From contig NC_043022.1 of assembly GCF_006345805.1 (NCBI RefSeq), positions 8,618,001 to 8,682,000 of the forward strand: a DNA stretch of 64,000 nucleotides, read 5' to 3'. The notes under the pieces were generated by a model that worked only from the letters and a program-made list of their open reading frames with translations, did no database searches and had not been told where the DNA came from. The translations under genes and the position numbers were made by a program. Source of the DNA: Octopus sinensis. Lineage: Eukaryota. This document shows, in pieces, positions 1-12,470 of the stretch; position 1 is the first letter of the stretch, and each line of letters starts with the position of its first letter.

Positions 1-28
1 CAATTCCTACACTAATTATTTCACCTAG

Positions 29-73
29 GTAACGGAAGCTGCATAGCAATTATTTCTTATATTCTTGAAACAG
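29..73 (+). other. Candidate 45-nt internal exon (phase 1-1) of an unidentified gene
   Basis: ACTAAT branch-like site, CTAG acceptor, one open frame (G)NGSCIAIISYILET(G), and a CAG|GTAGGG donor. No homology recognised. Confidence 0.3.
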
Positions 74-867
74 GTAGGGTATCTGAGTGTAGAAAATCTT
101 CCTTATTAAACTCCATTTGATACAAGCAAGCAAGGAAAGATCGATGTTAAAATGATGATGATGATAATTTTGTGCTTGTTTGTGTGTGTGTATGTGTATT
201 TGTATATATGCACATACATACAAGTGTGTGTGTGTGTGTGGTAAGTTTTCTTCCCAACCATGTGGTTCTGGGTTCAATACCTTTATGAGTCACCTTTAGC
301 AAGTGTCTTCCACTATAGTCCCAGGCCAACCAAAGCCTTGTCAGTGGATATGTTAGACAGAAACCGAAAGAAGCCCAATGTATATATGTGGGTAGATAGG
401 GTTAAAATCCAAGCTGTGTCCTCTTGAAGCACATTTGCTTATTTCAGTATTCCAAATCTGTATGTTGAGGTATGCATAAGAGTTGAAAAGGCTGAAAAAT
501 ATTTTCTGCAGAGTAATAATATCAAAACAGAGGAGTGGAAAAATTTTGGGTATTATTTTTTTCACCATTACATGTGCTTCATTTGCTAATAGAGGAGTTA
601 CAAAATTGTATATAGAGTGAAAAAACTTGTTAGATACTCCTATTAAAACATTTTTAGACAATCGAATAATATTTGATTCTCTGTTTGAAGAATATGTAAA
701 AGCAGATATCTTACATGTTTTTCTACTACACATGTATTTCTGTAACTTGTATTGGCAAATGAAACATCTGTAATGGTGAATAAATAATGCCAAAAACTTT
801 TCCAGTCTTGTGTGGTTTTCATCTCTCTCTCTGTATGTATATATATATATGTATGTGTGTGTATACA

Positions 868-2132
868 CAGGGGTTGGACAAAATAATGGAAACACCTTAA
901 AATTTCAAACAGATTTATTTTAATATGGGGTAGGACTGCCTTTGGCAATAATTACAGCTTGAATTCTGCAAGGTATGGACTCATACAAAGTTTGAATTGT
1001 TTCCAAAGGAATTTTTGTCCATTCTTCAGCTAAAACAGTCTCTAGTTCTTATAGTGATGATAGTGATGGATATCAACCCCTTATTTGTTTTTCTAAAATG
1101 CGCCATAAATATTCAATAATATTGAGATTTGGGGACTGTGGTGGCCAGATAAGATGTTCAACTTCACTAGAATATTCCTTGTGCCATTCAGTACAACTTT
1201 AGCTGTGTGAATTGGTGCATTATCATATTGCATTTCCATCAGGAAACAGTTCTGCAACCATAGGATGAATGTGATCAGATAAAATGCTTAAATAGTCTTG
1301 ACTATTAATTTTGCCATGAACAGAAACCATTGGGCTGGCAGATTTCCAAGTTATAGCCCCCCACCCGCAGATCATCACAGATCCTCCTCCATGTATAATA
1401 GTTGGAAGAAGGCAGTCCGGGTCAAATACTTCTTTTGGCTGTCTCCACATGTATACTCAGCCGGTAGTTGGAAATAAGGTAAAGGATGACTCACTCTAGA
1501 AACTAGCATTCTTCCACAGCTCTAGGGACCAATTCTGTAGGTTTTTACTCCACTCTAAATGCTTTGCAACATTTGTTTTTGAAAGTAGTGGTTTTCTGAT
1601 TGCAGCTCTCTCGTGAAATCCAGCTTTGTCCCGGTGAACAGTTTTTGTGAAAACTGGATTCTTGAGATGGTCATTAAGCTCTGCAGTAATCTTGGGAGCT
1701 GTACTTTTGTGATCCTTTCTAACAATTCGTGTAAGAATCCGACAGTCCCTATCTGAAAGTTCTGGTTTTCTTCCGGAGTTTTGTTTCGACAAGGAGGTTT
1801 TTCCCTCTTTCTCAAAAGCTGTCATTACTTTCGAGACAGTACTTCTTGATACAGCAAACATTTCAGTTCTTTTTGTTACACTTGTACCTGCCAACAAGCA
1901 CCAACAATTTGACCTCTTTGAAAGTCCAATAGATCTGTCATTTTAATGAAGTTTAATTACCTTTTTCTGATGATATCTGAAAAGAAACAGTAATTTTAGC
2001 AAAACATATTAAGCAAAACTAATACTAAATCAAAAAACAAAAAACATAAAAATAAACAAGCCTTTAACGGTTTTATAGTTATTTCAAAATTATGATGCTA
2101 TGATGCTAGGTGTTTCCATCATTTTGTCCAAC

Positions 2133-2134
<2 letters not shown>
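868..2134 (-). mobile_element. Tc1-family DNA transposon, near full length, defective (family 1, copy 1)
   Basis: Left TIR CAGGGGTTGGACAAAATAATGGAAACACCT at 868-897. Right TIR AGGTGTTTCCATCATTTTGTCCAACCC at 2108-2134 has lost its terminal 3 nt in a (TA)n tract. A decayed transposase lies between them. Confidence 0.93.
920..1941 (-). pseudogene. Tc1 DDE transposase pseudogene
   Basis: Starts MTDLLDFQRGQIVGA. Track ORFs 1496-1897 (HTH, SGRKP, RKPLLS) and 1223-1450 (HGGGSVM..WG) are in different frames. Ends KGSPTPY-stop at 920-922. Several frameshifts. Confidence 0.9.
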
Positions 2135-2170
<36 letters not shown>

Positions 2171-3007
2171 TCATCATCATAATTTAGTGTTTGTTTTTTA
2201 AGCTGGCATGGGTTAGATTGTTTGACTAAAACTGGTAAGTCAGAGAGCTGCACCAGGTTCCACTCAGTTTCAGTTTGGTTTCTATTGCTGGATGCCCTTC
2301 CTAATGCCAACCTTTCCACAAAGCGCACCAGATACCCTTAATGTGTCACTGGCACAGTTACTTTTAAATTTTCACTAGCATATATATATATATATAAAGA
2401 GAGAGGAAGAGACGATGGGTCTCAGCAGAGTATCCATTTACAAAATTTCACTCCACATGAAACTTGTTGAAGGTGGGACTCAAACCCCAAAGCACATAGT
2501 TGTGAACCAAACATCATAGCCATACAACGGTCCTTTGATGTATTAAATATTAACAAACAAGGGTAAACTCCTGGAATCTAATGAAACCAGTGATAATACA
2601 TAGCGGCAGCTAATCATCCACATGAGAGTTGATACTTGTTACTATACTGGGTGAGAAATGAACAAAAATCGAACATTTCAAGGGGTAGGGGGTGTCCTTG
2701 CGCCTTTTGTCTGAGAGTGAGGAAGAAAGAAAAGAAAAGTGGCGTTGTCATTTCGGCTGGAGGTCAAGTATAAATGATAAAATATTGATAAAATAGCCTG
2801 GCACGTCTCATTATAATATTGATGGTCAGAAAATAGAATGTGGGCAGTATCCTGTGAAAGTCAGAAATTAGGTACTAACTACAGGTCTTGTATATGTGCA
2901 GACGCTTTGATGATACAAATAGCTGGTCATTTTTTGTTTTTTTCTTTCATTTTTACCTTTTCTTTTCCTTTTTTTCTGTTAGCCATTCTTTCTATTTGGT
3001 GTGTGTG

Positions 3008-3009
<2 letters not shown>

Positions 3010-3060
<51 letters not shown>

Positions 3061-3345
3061 ATATACACACACACACCTGCATATGTGAATGTATGTATAC
3101 ACACACATACATATGCATGTGTGGATATGTGTGTGTATATATTTGCATTGTGTGTATGTATATATATATATATATGTATATATTTGTGTGTGTATGTGTG
3201 TGTGTGTATATATATATGTGTGTGTATATATATATATATATGTGTGTGTGTGTTATATATATATATATATATATATCACCCAATCATGCACAATAACATA
3301 CACACAATCAAGCACACACAATCACAAATACATACACATATCACA
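3010..3345. repeat. Compound (TA)/(TG)/(CA) microsatellite
   Basis: Direct inspection. Similar tracts at ~9525-9650, 15905-16295, 42760-42870, 43225-43450, 49340-49445, 50530-50795, 58660-58940 and 61180-61270. Confidence 0.95.
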
Positions 3346-4115
3346 TTGTGCACACATTGCCTGGACAGACAGCTGAATGGATAGATGGATGGATGGTGTG
3401 TTCAATGGTGGTAGTCGTGGTTGGGACTAATAAAAATGTGTCTGCCTTGATGACTATACTGATGATAAATTAGTATTTGAATTCCCGATACCTACCAATT
3501 AAGGTTGACAGCCAAAGAGCTATTTTCATTAAGATGCTCTCCTCTGAAGAACCAGTCTGAATTTAGAGTTGAAAGGAAAACCTCACCATAATTGTTAGCT
3601 TTAGACTGGTTCCTTTCTTTGTATTTATTCCAGTTTTATTTCTTGATTGTCTTCATTATGCCCTGCTTCTGAATATAAAGTCAAGAATTTGAGAATTTGT
3701 GTAGAAATTATTTCGAATTATTTTATATTTCCATATCCTCACGTGCACGTGTGTGTGTGTATGTTTTGTTTTTGTGTGTATATGTGTGTGCTTTTGTGTT
3801 TATGTGTATATATGTGTGCATGCTTATGTGAATGTGTATTTATGTGTGTATATGTGTCTGTGAATGTGTGTGTTGCTATATAAATGCCTGTGTCAGTTTT
3901 ATCTAAGTAGACCAGCATTTGGCTTCTCTGATGACTCACAGAAAATATTGATTATTTTTTTTTGTTTTATTTTATTATTATCATTATTATTTTTGTTTGT
4001 TTGTTTGTTTGGTATTTTGTTTATATTTGCCAAAGAGGTTATGAGGTCACTATTTCTAAAAGAAGCAACTCACAGAAACCCAACTGAACTGTATCTTGTG
4101 TATTACCAGTACTCA

Positions 4116-4117
<2 letters not shown>

Positions 4118-4186
<69 letters not shown>

Positions 4187-4189
4187 CTA

Positions 4190-4244
<55 letters not shown>

Positions 4245-4255
4245 CATTATTACTA

Positions 4256-4291
<36 letters not shown>

Positions 4292-4294
4292 CTA

Positions 4295-4343
<49 letters not shown>

Positions 4344-4375
4344 CATTATTACTATTATTATTATTATTATTATTA

Positions 4376-4407
<32 letters not shown>

Positions 4408-4410
4408 GTT

Positions 4411-4440
<30 letters not shown>
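4118..4440. repeat. (ATT)n microsatellite with ~100-bp higher-order duplication
   Basis: Interruptions recur: ATCATTATCATTATCATTACTATATTT at 4168 and 4273, and ATCATTATTACT at 4243 and 4342. Confidence 0.95.
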
Positions 4441-4441
<1 letters not shown>

Positions 4442-5640
4442 AGGCAACAAGCTGACAGAACTGTAAACATGTTGGACAAAATACTTAGTGGTACTTCGTC
4501 TGTCTTTACATTCTCAATTCAAATTCTGCTGCAGTCGACCTTGCCTTTCATCCTTTAGGGATTGATAAAATAAGTACCACCTTTCCCAAGCTGCCCTTGT
4601 CGCAAAAATAATTATTATTATTATTACCTCTGCCTTAGCGAAGGGGGACGTATTGTTTTCAGTTGTATTTGTTTGTCTGTTTGTCTGTCTGTGGACAAGA
4701 TATCTCAAGAACCACTGGATGGATTCGGATGAAACTTTCAGGGATGTTTGGCCTCATGACTGGCACAAACTGATTAGATTTGGGGATTGATTTGGTACTG
4801 GACAAGGATTCTGGATTATTTTGCCTGTTTTTTTTACTTAATTTTTGAGAGCAGTCGGATAAATTTTTCGCATTCTCGTTTGTGAGAGCAGTCGAGTTTA
4901 TTTCAGATATTCTCATTTTATAAATCATCTCTGGCTAATCATTGAGAAGTTGTTGGTGTTGCCTTGGTCAAGGTTTGTGCTGTCTGAGTGCTCTTGTTAT
5001 TATTATTATTTTTAAGGTGGTGAGCTGGTAGAGTTGTTAATATGCTGGGAAAGATGCTCAGCAGCATTTTGTCTGTCTTTACATTCTGAGTTCAAATTCC
5101 AGCAGGGCTGCTTCGGCATTTGTACTCTCAAGGTCAACAAAATAAGTACCAGTTGAAAACTGAGGTCGATGTAATTAACTTATCCCCACTCACTGAAATT
5201 TTGGACCTTGTGACAAAATTTTAAATTATTATTATTATTATTAAGGTTGTGGCTGGCAAAATTGTTAGCACACTGGACAAAATGCTTAGCGGTATTTCGT
5301 CTGCCACCACTCCATTTTGAGTTCAAATTTCGTTGAGTTCCACTTTGCCTTTCATCCTTTTGGGGTCAATAAAATAAGTACCAGTTGAACACTGGGGTCG
5401 ATGTAATCGACTTATCCCTACCTCCACCAGGCTGGCAGAACCATTAGTATTGTGAACAAAATGCTTAGTGGTATTAGGTCCATTTTTCACTCTGAATTCA
5501 AATGCTGCTAAGGTTGATGTTGCCTTTCATCTTTTTGTGATCAATAAAATAAGAATCAATTGCACACTGAGGTCAATGTAATTGACCAATCCCTCTCCTG
5601 CAAAATTTCAGGCCTTGTGCCTATACTAGAAAGGATTATT
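4440..5640 (+). mobile_element. Cluster of four family-B SINEs separated by (ATT)n (plus the HINE-like element)
   Basis: Repeated head (G)CTG(G)CAGAA..GTTAGCA..CTG.ACAAAATGCTTAG.GGTATT and core TTGCCTTTCATCCTTT.GGG.T.GATAAAATAAGTACC at ~4440-4600, 5015-5225, 5245-5425 and 5430-5640. Other copies at ~9995-10200, 15345-15535, 18300-18510, 31770-31920, 32540-32730 and 62150-62320. Confidence 0.8.
4625..4998 (+). mobile_element. Helentron-associated (HINE/DINE-1-like) non-autonomous element
   Basis: 5' TACCTCTGCC subterminal motif, (GTCT/GTTT)n tract, AGATATCTCAAGAACCACTGGATGGATT core, and a 3' GGTCAAGGT plus decayed hairpin and CTTGTT end in T-rich flanks. Recognised by resemblance to known HINE architecture. 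Confidence 0.55.
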
Positions 5641-5943
5641 ATTATTATTATTATCATCTTTACATGTATTGTATATCAGTTCCATTCTTAGTCTGGTTAT
5701 GGTAGAATCCTTCTTTTGACCATCATATATCACCATCCCCATTGCCTGCCTACCATCATCATGTTTTTACCACCCACTGCCCAGTCAATCATGTGGTTGA
5801 ACATGTGCTAGCCACATGAATCTCGCCAATCTGGTTCAAAGAGTCAGAATTGTCTGTAAAGATTACAGGTTATGTGTCGAACCACCATTCCTCCTGTTTT
5901 TATTTTCTAAAAGAATAGAACTTAGAAAAACAATATATATATA

Positions 5944-6365
5944 TAGGTGCAGGCATGGCTGTGTGGTAAGAAGCTTTCTTCCCAACCACATGGTCCTGGA
6001 TTCAGTTCCACTGCATGGCACCTTGGGTAAGTGTCTCCTACTATAGCCTAGGTCTGACCGAAGCCTTGTGAGAGGATTTGGTAGACAGACTGAAAGAAAC
6101 CAGTCATATATGCATATATATATATATATATATATTCATGGGTGTGTGTTTTTGTGTCTATGTTTGTCCACCTACCATCATTTAACAACTGTTGTTGATG
6201 TGGTTATGTCCCTTTGACTTAGCAGTTCAGCAAAAGAGACCAATAGAGTAACTACTAGGCTTACAAAGAATAAGTTCTGGGGTTGATCTCTTTACTAAAA
6301 CCCTTTAAGGTGGTGCACCAGCATGGCTGCAGTCAAATGACTGAAACATGTAAGAGAATAAAAGA
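5944..6365 (+). mobile_element. tRNA-derived SINE family A, representative full copy
   Basis: Head GCATGGCTGTGTGGTAAGAAGC..CCCAACCACATGG..TTCAGT(C/T)CCACTGC with A/B-box-like motifs, an internal (TA/TG)n, and a tail CCAGCATGGCTGCAGTCAAATGACTGAAAC. Related copies at ~232-380, 7030-7290, 10925-11285, 12925-13265, 17365-17790, 22360-22650, 26880-27045, 32050-32435, 38860-39015, 45985-46290, 53800-54165 and 55570-56155. Confidence 0.85.
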
Positions 6366-6370
6366 ATATG

Positions 6371-6409
<39 letters not shown>

Positions 6410-7397
6410 AGGATGGAAAGAAATCCTTGAGGATAGTGCCCAGCATGGCTACACTCCAAAAGCCAAAACCTATCAAAATATAAAGCGAAAGAGAAATAAT
6501 AATTTCTAATTTTGGTACAAGACCAGCAGTTTTGAGGGCACGCTCCGAAAGGATGAAAGGCAAAGATGACCTAGATGGTATTGGAACTCTGAACATAAAG
6601 TGCATTAAAAAATGCAGCTTAGCATTAAGTTCGATGGGCTGATGATTTCGCCAGCCCATTGCCTTTGGAAAAAGAAATAATGCATCTCATTTGGTGTTCT
6701 CCTGCTTCAGCAATTGACATTCCCACCACTACGACTACCATTTAATAGCATATTTGATATTGAAACAGACTCCAGCTGCCTATATCACTGCTGAGACAAA
6801 GAGGATGTCTTTTACATGGTTGTTTAACATTATAGAAATAGTAACCCAATTACCTCAAAATCATGCACCTTATTGTCTGGAAAATAAAAGGAAGGAAAGT
6901 GAGACATTGTATAATGCAGTCCAAAGGTGCAGGTATGGCTTGTGTGATTAAGAAAATAGCTTTGCGACCATGTGTTTTCAGATTCATTTACACTGCATGG
7001 CAATACACACACACACACACACACATAAATGCAGATGTGGCTATGTGGTAGGAAGCTTGCTTCCAAAACACATGGTTCTGGGTTCAGTCCCACTGCATGG
7101 CATCTTGAGCAAGTGTATTCTGCTGTAGCCTTGGGCTAATCAATGCCTTGTGAGTGGATTTGGTAAATGGAAACTGAAAGAAGCCTGCCATATGTATATA
7201 CATACATATATATATATATACATATATATATGTATATGTATTTATGTGTGCATGTCTTTGTGTCTGTGTTTGATACAACATTACCATGGTTATCCAAAAT
7301 TAGTGAAATTCCAACTGAATATCTGAATATCTGAAGCGCTAAGAAAAAGAACACTGAAATTGAATTAAACCTAAGACATTCCTTCATTCTACTAGTG

Positions 7398-7443
<46 letters not shown>

Positions 7444-7736
7444 CTAGCAGTATCGCCTGGCGTTGCTCGGATTTGTAAGGGAAATAACTATATAAGCATT
7501 TTTAGAGAATTACTTCCCTTATATAAACCGAGGAAAAAATGCGGAAAAATGACAGTAAATTTTTTTTAAATCGTAGACTCATCGTAGATGCGCGCTAATA
7601 CCCAGAAGGGCTCAATATGAATCACGACTATAAGATACCCGCTTTTGGTTAAACTGCGCCACAAAATGTGGGAGTAGTTAAGAATCTAAATCGGAGTAGA
7701 CAGACACATGCACAACTTCAGTTTTATATATAAAGA
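7444..7736 (-). mobile_element. Non-autonomous Helitron
   Basis: On the minus strand it starts A|TC(TTTATATATAAA) and ends with a decayed GC hairpin (CCGAGCAACGCCAGG) followed by CTAG|T. Inserted at an AT dinucleotide with no TSD. Relatively CpG-rich. Confidence 0.75.
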
Positions 7737-8389
7737 TATATGCTTTTGGCGTGAATTGCTTTTTTATATGGCAATTTTTTAGCAATCCTGTAAATAATAA
7801 TAATGGTATTTTTATATAAGCTTAAAGCTTATGGCAATCACCATGCAATGACTAAGGAAATATCATCATCATCATTATTGTTTAATGACCATTAACTGAG
7901 TACTGGCAAGCCAGTTGGCTGCACCAGGCTCCAATCTGATTTGGCAAGGTTTCTACACCTCGATACTCTTCCTAATGCCAACCAATTCAAGAGCGTAGTG
8001 GGCGCTCTTTACATGTCACTGGCCTGGGAGCGAGTCAGGTGGCACTGGCATCGACCACGTTTGGATGGTGCCTCCAGCATGGGAGCCAGTTGGGGGGAAC
8101 TGGCATCAACAATGTTCAGATGGTGCTTTTTATGTGCCACTGGCATGGGAGCCAGTCACATGGCAAGTCTTTTCTTCCCCCAAAATTTGCTGTCTGAAAT
8201 CTTGGAATTTTCTCCTTGATATATTTTCCTACTTGTGTTGATTTACAACAGCTTAAACAGAATGTTAGCAACATCAGGTTCACTAATGTTAGAGGATCTA
8301 CGAAGATAATGATGAGCAATGGGCTTTCATCCAGACTGAAATAAAAAAACAAAACAAAAAAGACCATTAGTGGATGGAATTACTTAGAT

Positions 8390-8857
8390 CAGTTGTTCTC
8401 AACCATTTCTTGCCTAGGGACCACTTGGATTTCTATTTTACTCTATTGGACCTCCATAACCATTTGATATATACATATATATATAGTCACCATGATAGAT
8501 CGTTAGCCACTACAAACATTTTTTTCTCTTCTTGTTTTTCCTGTGTCCCTTTCTGTAGAAGAGCGTAGCCTCGAAACGTAAAAGACTTTTTCTATTCCTG
8601 AGCATTATACTAATACATCTGTTTGTTTTGTACACCACCTGTCTTCGTCTTTTGTTTTTTTTGTAAACTCTCCCTATATATATATATATATATATATATA
8701 ACTTACTGTATTTTTGTAATTAAATATTAGGGATTGTATAAAAATTGTTAAAATAGTTCATGTCTTGTTGAAATATAAGCAATTTATTGCTCATAAATTT
8801 TAACAAAATCTCATATAGACCCCAAAGGGTCGTATGGACCCCTGTTGAGAATCACTG
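8390..8857 (+). mobile_element. hAT (Charlie-like) MITE with a nested Penelope-like fragment
   Basis: TIRs CAGTTGTTCTCAAC and GTTGAGAATCACTG. Exact 8-bp TSD ACTTAGAT at 8382-8389 and 8858-8865. Confidence 0.9.
8549..8584 (+). ncRNA. Minimal hammerhead-like motif with a variant core, in a pLTR-like fragment (~8490-8675)
   Basis: CTTT-CTGTAGA-A-GAGC-GTAG-CCTC-GAAACGT-A^-AAAG. A6 reads U and helix II has one mismatch. Confidence 0.6.
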
Positions 8858-8954
8858 ACTTAGATGAACCCTTTTCTGCACATAAGATCAAGAGACAAGG
8901 TCCACTTAAATTACCTCCTAGCTCAATAGACCTGATTCCTCATAATACTTTTCC

Positions 8955-9125
8955 CATGATAGTGGTGGTGGCTGTGGTGATGGTGGTGACTGTAATGGTA
9001 GTGATTGTTGTGGTAATGGTTGTGGTCATGCTGGTGATGGCTGTGCTACAGGTGGTGCTGGTGGAGGTGGTGACTATTGTAGTTATGGTGGTTGTGCTGA
9101 TGGTTGGTAGTAGCTGTGATGGTGC
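8955..9125. repeat. Degenerate (GTG/GAT/GTT)n triplet low-complexity tract
   Basis: Direct inspection. It gives the poly-Val and poly-Thr ORFs. Confidence 0.85.
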
Positions 9126-9528
9126 TGTCAATTGGAGCCAATAGTCTATATGAATCTCCCAAGAATTATTGATATACTAAAGAAGGCAATCATACCCACT
9201 TGCAACAGCATCCACACAGATATCCTAACAATGGTTCAAAGGTCATGTATTCAATGAAGTAAAACAATGTTTAGCTGTCAAAGGTCATAGGCTTCAGCAT
9301 TTGTTGTAATTTCAGACTTTTAAGCAAATTATTTAACTACTTTATTTATGTGCGCAGATTTAGGGCCACCCCGATTATGTAAATGTGATGTATGTGCATG
9401 TGTGTTTGTTTGTGTGTGCACACACACACACATATGGGTAGACAGATATATACATTTATATACACTCACATCACAGTTACATATAACTTGCACTCCTACA
9501 TATCTGAACATATAATGTCAACACTATG

Positions 9529-9592
<64 letters not shown>

Positions 9593-10285
9593 CATACATA
9601 CACACACACACACATGTGTGCATATGTGTGTGTGTGTGTGTGTGTGTGTAAAGCTGTAAAAGTTTTGTGAATGTCAAAAACCTTCAGAGGTGAAGGTAGG
9701 CCAAGCAATTAGATTTTATGGAGAAATTAGATTTTACTTGTGGTGCTATATAAAGCAACTAACGGTTTTGGAAATCACCTATATCTATAAAACACGTGAA
9801 TGAATTAAAACATCTTGTTACACTTAATGTGTGAGTAACGACTACATTTAACTTAATGTAGTGTAGCAAGAGCAGCTTAGTCTCTTTTAACTACTCATAC
9901 GATAGCCTGATGTCACTGATTTGAACAAGAAGAGAATTGAATCAGCTCAAGTAGCATTCAAACCTGTGTTATTAGGTCCAGCTCAAACGTTGTGAGTGGT
10001 GGAATTGTTAGCACATTGGATAAAATGCTTAGTAACATTTCTTTCAGCATTTTATGTTAAGAGTTCAAGTCCAGTTACCTTTCATTTTTACAGGGGTTGA
10101 TAAAAGTAACTGTTTGAGTTCTGGGATCAATGTAATCAGCTAAGCCCTCCCCATAAATTTCATGCTTTGCACCTATAGTAGAAAGGATTACTATTATTAA
10201 AGCGATGAGTAGCAGAATCATTAGGTAGACAAAAGGCTTAGCTGCATTTCTTCCCATACTTTATGTTCCAAGTTTAAATTCTGCA

Positions 10286-10493
10286 TACTCTTTTACTCTT
10301 TTACTTGTTTCAGTCATTTGACTGTGGCCATGCTGGAGCACCACTTTTAGTCGAGCAAATCGACCCCAGGACTTATTCTTTGTAAGCCTAGTACTTATTC
10401 TATCGGTCTCTTTTGCTGAACCGCTAAGTTACGGGGATGTAAACACACCAGCATCGGTTGTTGGGGGGGACAAACACAGACACACAAACACAT

Positions 10494-10537
<44 letters not shown>

Positions 10538-10702
10538 GACGGGCTTCTTTCAGTTTCCATCTACCAAATCCACTCACAAGGCTTTGGTCAGCCCGAGGCT
10601 ATAGTAGAAGACACTTGCCCAAGGTGCCATGTAGTGGGACTGAACCTTGAACCATGTGGTCGGTAAGCAAGCTACTTACCACACAGCCACTCCTATGCCT
10701 AT
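10286..10702 (-). mobile_element. SINE family A, young full-length copy
   Basis: CpG-retaining copy, highly similar to 26236-26630 and 30690-31101, with a (TACTCTTT)n tail. Confidence 0.9.
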
Positions 10703-11338
10703 ATGATGACTTTACCTTTTATCCTCTTGTGGTTTATAAAATAAATAATTAAGTACTGGGATTGATGTTATTGGTTATCCCCCTCCCTTAAATTGCTGGC
10801 CCTCTGTTAAAAAGTAAAATAATATACCTGTACTAATATAGGTATATTACAGTATACCTATATTAGTACTGTACTCAAGGTACATTGTACCACAGTGACA
10901 CTAGGCACTAGAGTGTGATATATCTTTTATCTGTTTCAGTCATGAGACTGGCCAGGCTGGAGTACCACCTTCAAGAATTTTAGTCAAATGAATCAAACTC
11001 ACTACTTTTCTAAAGACTGGTACTTATTCCGTCAGTCTCTTTTGCCAAACCACTAAATTACAGAGATGTAAACACATCAACACAAGTTGTCAAGTGGCGG
11101 TAGGAGACAAACACACACATACACAAAAGCCTTTTTTCAGTTTCCATCTACTGAATCTAATCACATCTACTAAATATAATTAGTCAGACCGAGATTGTAG
11201 TGGAAGACAGTTGCCCAAGTTGCTATGCACCTGGAACCATGTGGTTGGGAATCAAACTTCTTACCACACAGCCACATCTGTGCCTTTTAGGTGCTCCTTT
11301 GGCTCATAAATATATATATATATATTTATATATATATA

Positions 11339-11480
11339 CCGGAGTAAACACATAAATGTGAAACAATGTGAAAAAAGAGTACTCAAATACCAGGGGTAGA
11401 GTAATATGCTTTATTACGAACGGGAACGTGAAACTCAGAGTAACAGGTTTTGTTGAATTTTCTGCTGCTTTCAAATAAAG
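11339..11480 (+). mobile_element. Penelope-like pLTR fragment with a 5'-truncated hammerhead (11416-11446)
   Basis: ACGA-ACG-GGAA-CGT-GAAAC-TCAGA-GTA^-ACAG. The segment is bounded by the 7-bp inverted repeat CTTTATT (11409-11415) / AATAAAG (11474-11480), with (TA)n on both flanks. Confidence 0.55.
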
Positions 11481-12342
11481 TATATATGTATATATATATG
11501 CGTACACACACACGTGTGTGTATGATACAAAGCAGCTGCTAAACATCCACTTTACTATATCTACTATGCAGTCTTTCTTTGCACTATCTCTACAGTTGAA
11601 ATTCCTCCATCATCGCAAGCACCAACACAACTACTACTGCTTTCACCACCATCGTTTGCATACGTGCACATGTATGTGTATAATTTGGTTGTATGCGTGT
11701 GTGTGTTCATACTCATAGATATAATTCCACATTCTTTAACTGAAGCACTGTAAGAACTTCATTAGGCTAGAAGAGTTTTAATATTTTTATCTGAGAAATA
11801 TTTTATGCAATACATATATATATATATATGTATACACACACACACACACAATATAAAGAAAAAGACAATAAATGATAGTGAAATCATTAATTTTGGGGTG
11901 AAATGAAATAAAAATACAAAACATTATTTTTATGTAATATATATTTCATTTATTATCCATAATATTGTTTTATTTAATAGTTATATATAATAGTTATATA
12001 GTGTTTCATATGCTGATATTTATATAAATACACACACAAACACACACACACATACACCATGAAGAACAAAAAAAAAATGACTTCATTTCAAAATTATATT
12101 ATAAACATTAGTTGGTTAGTTTGTCTTCTAAAAATATGATGAGTAACACATGTAAAAAGAGATGCGAATAATCTTACAAATCAACAGAACAATTTTGAAA
12201 TAATTAAGTTCATTTACAGAAAACCAGTGTGAATTTGGAAACCTTTAAAAGACAATTAATTTTTCTCTCAAAAATGAATATCAGAAAACTTGTAAATACA
12301 TTTATAACCATTTGCAGTTTCAATTGGTGATTGTTGAATAAT

Positions 12343-12374
12343 AATGATAATGATGATGATAATAATAATAATAA

Positions 12375-12412
<38 letters not shown>

Positions 12413-12470
12413 TGATGATATGATAATAATAATGAAATAGTAATAATAATAATAATGATAATAATAATAT
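12343..12470. repeat. (AAT)/(GAT)n microsatellite
   Basis: Direct inspection. Confidence 0.95.

Noticed and set aside
1966-1995. CTGATGA-TATCT-GAAA in the Tc1 5' region
   Set aside because: No helix II, palindromic helix III or helix I; a chance match.
2873-2930. TACTAAC followed by TACAG
   Set aside because: The branch-to-AG distance is only 5 nt, and there is no good donor downstream.
3928-3950. CTGATGA-CTCACA-GAAA-ATATT-G hammerhead-like string
   Set aside because: No helix II pairing, G at position 17, and no helix I.
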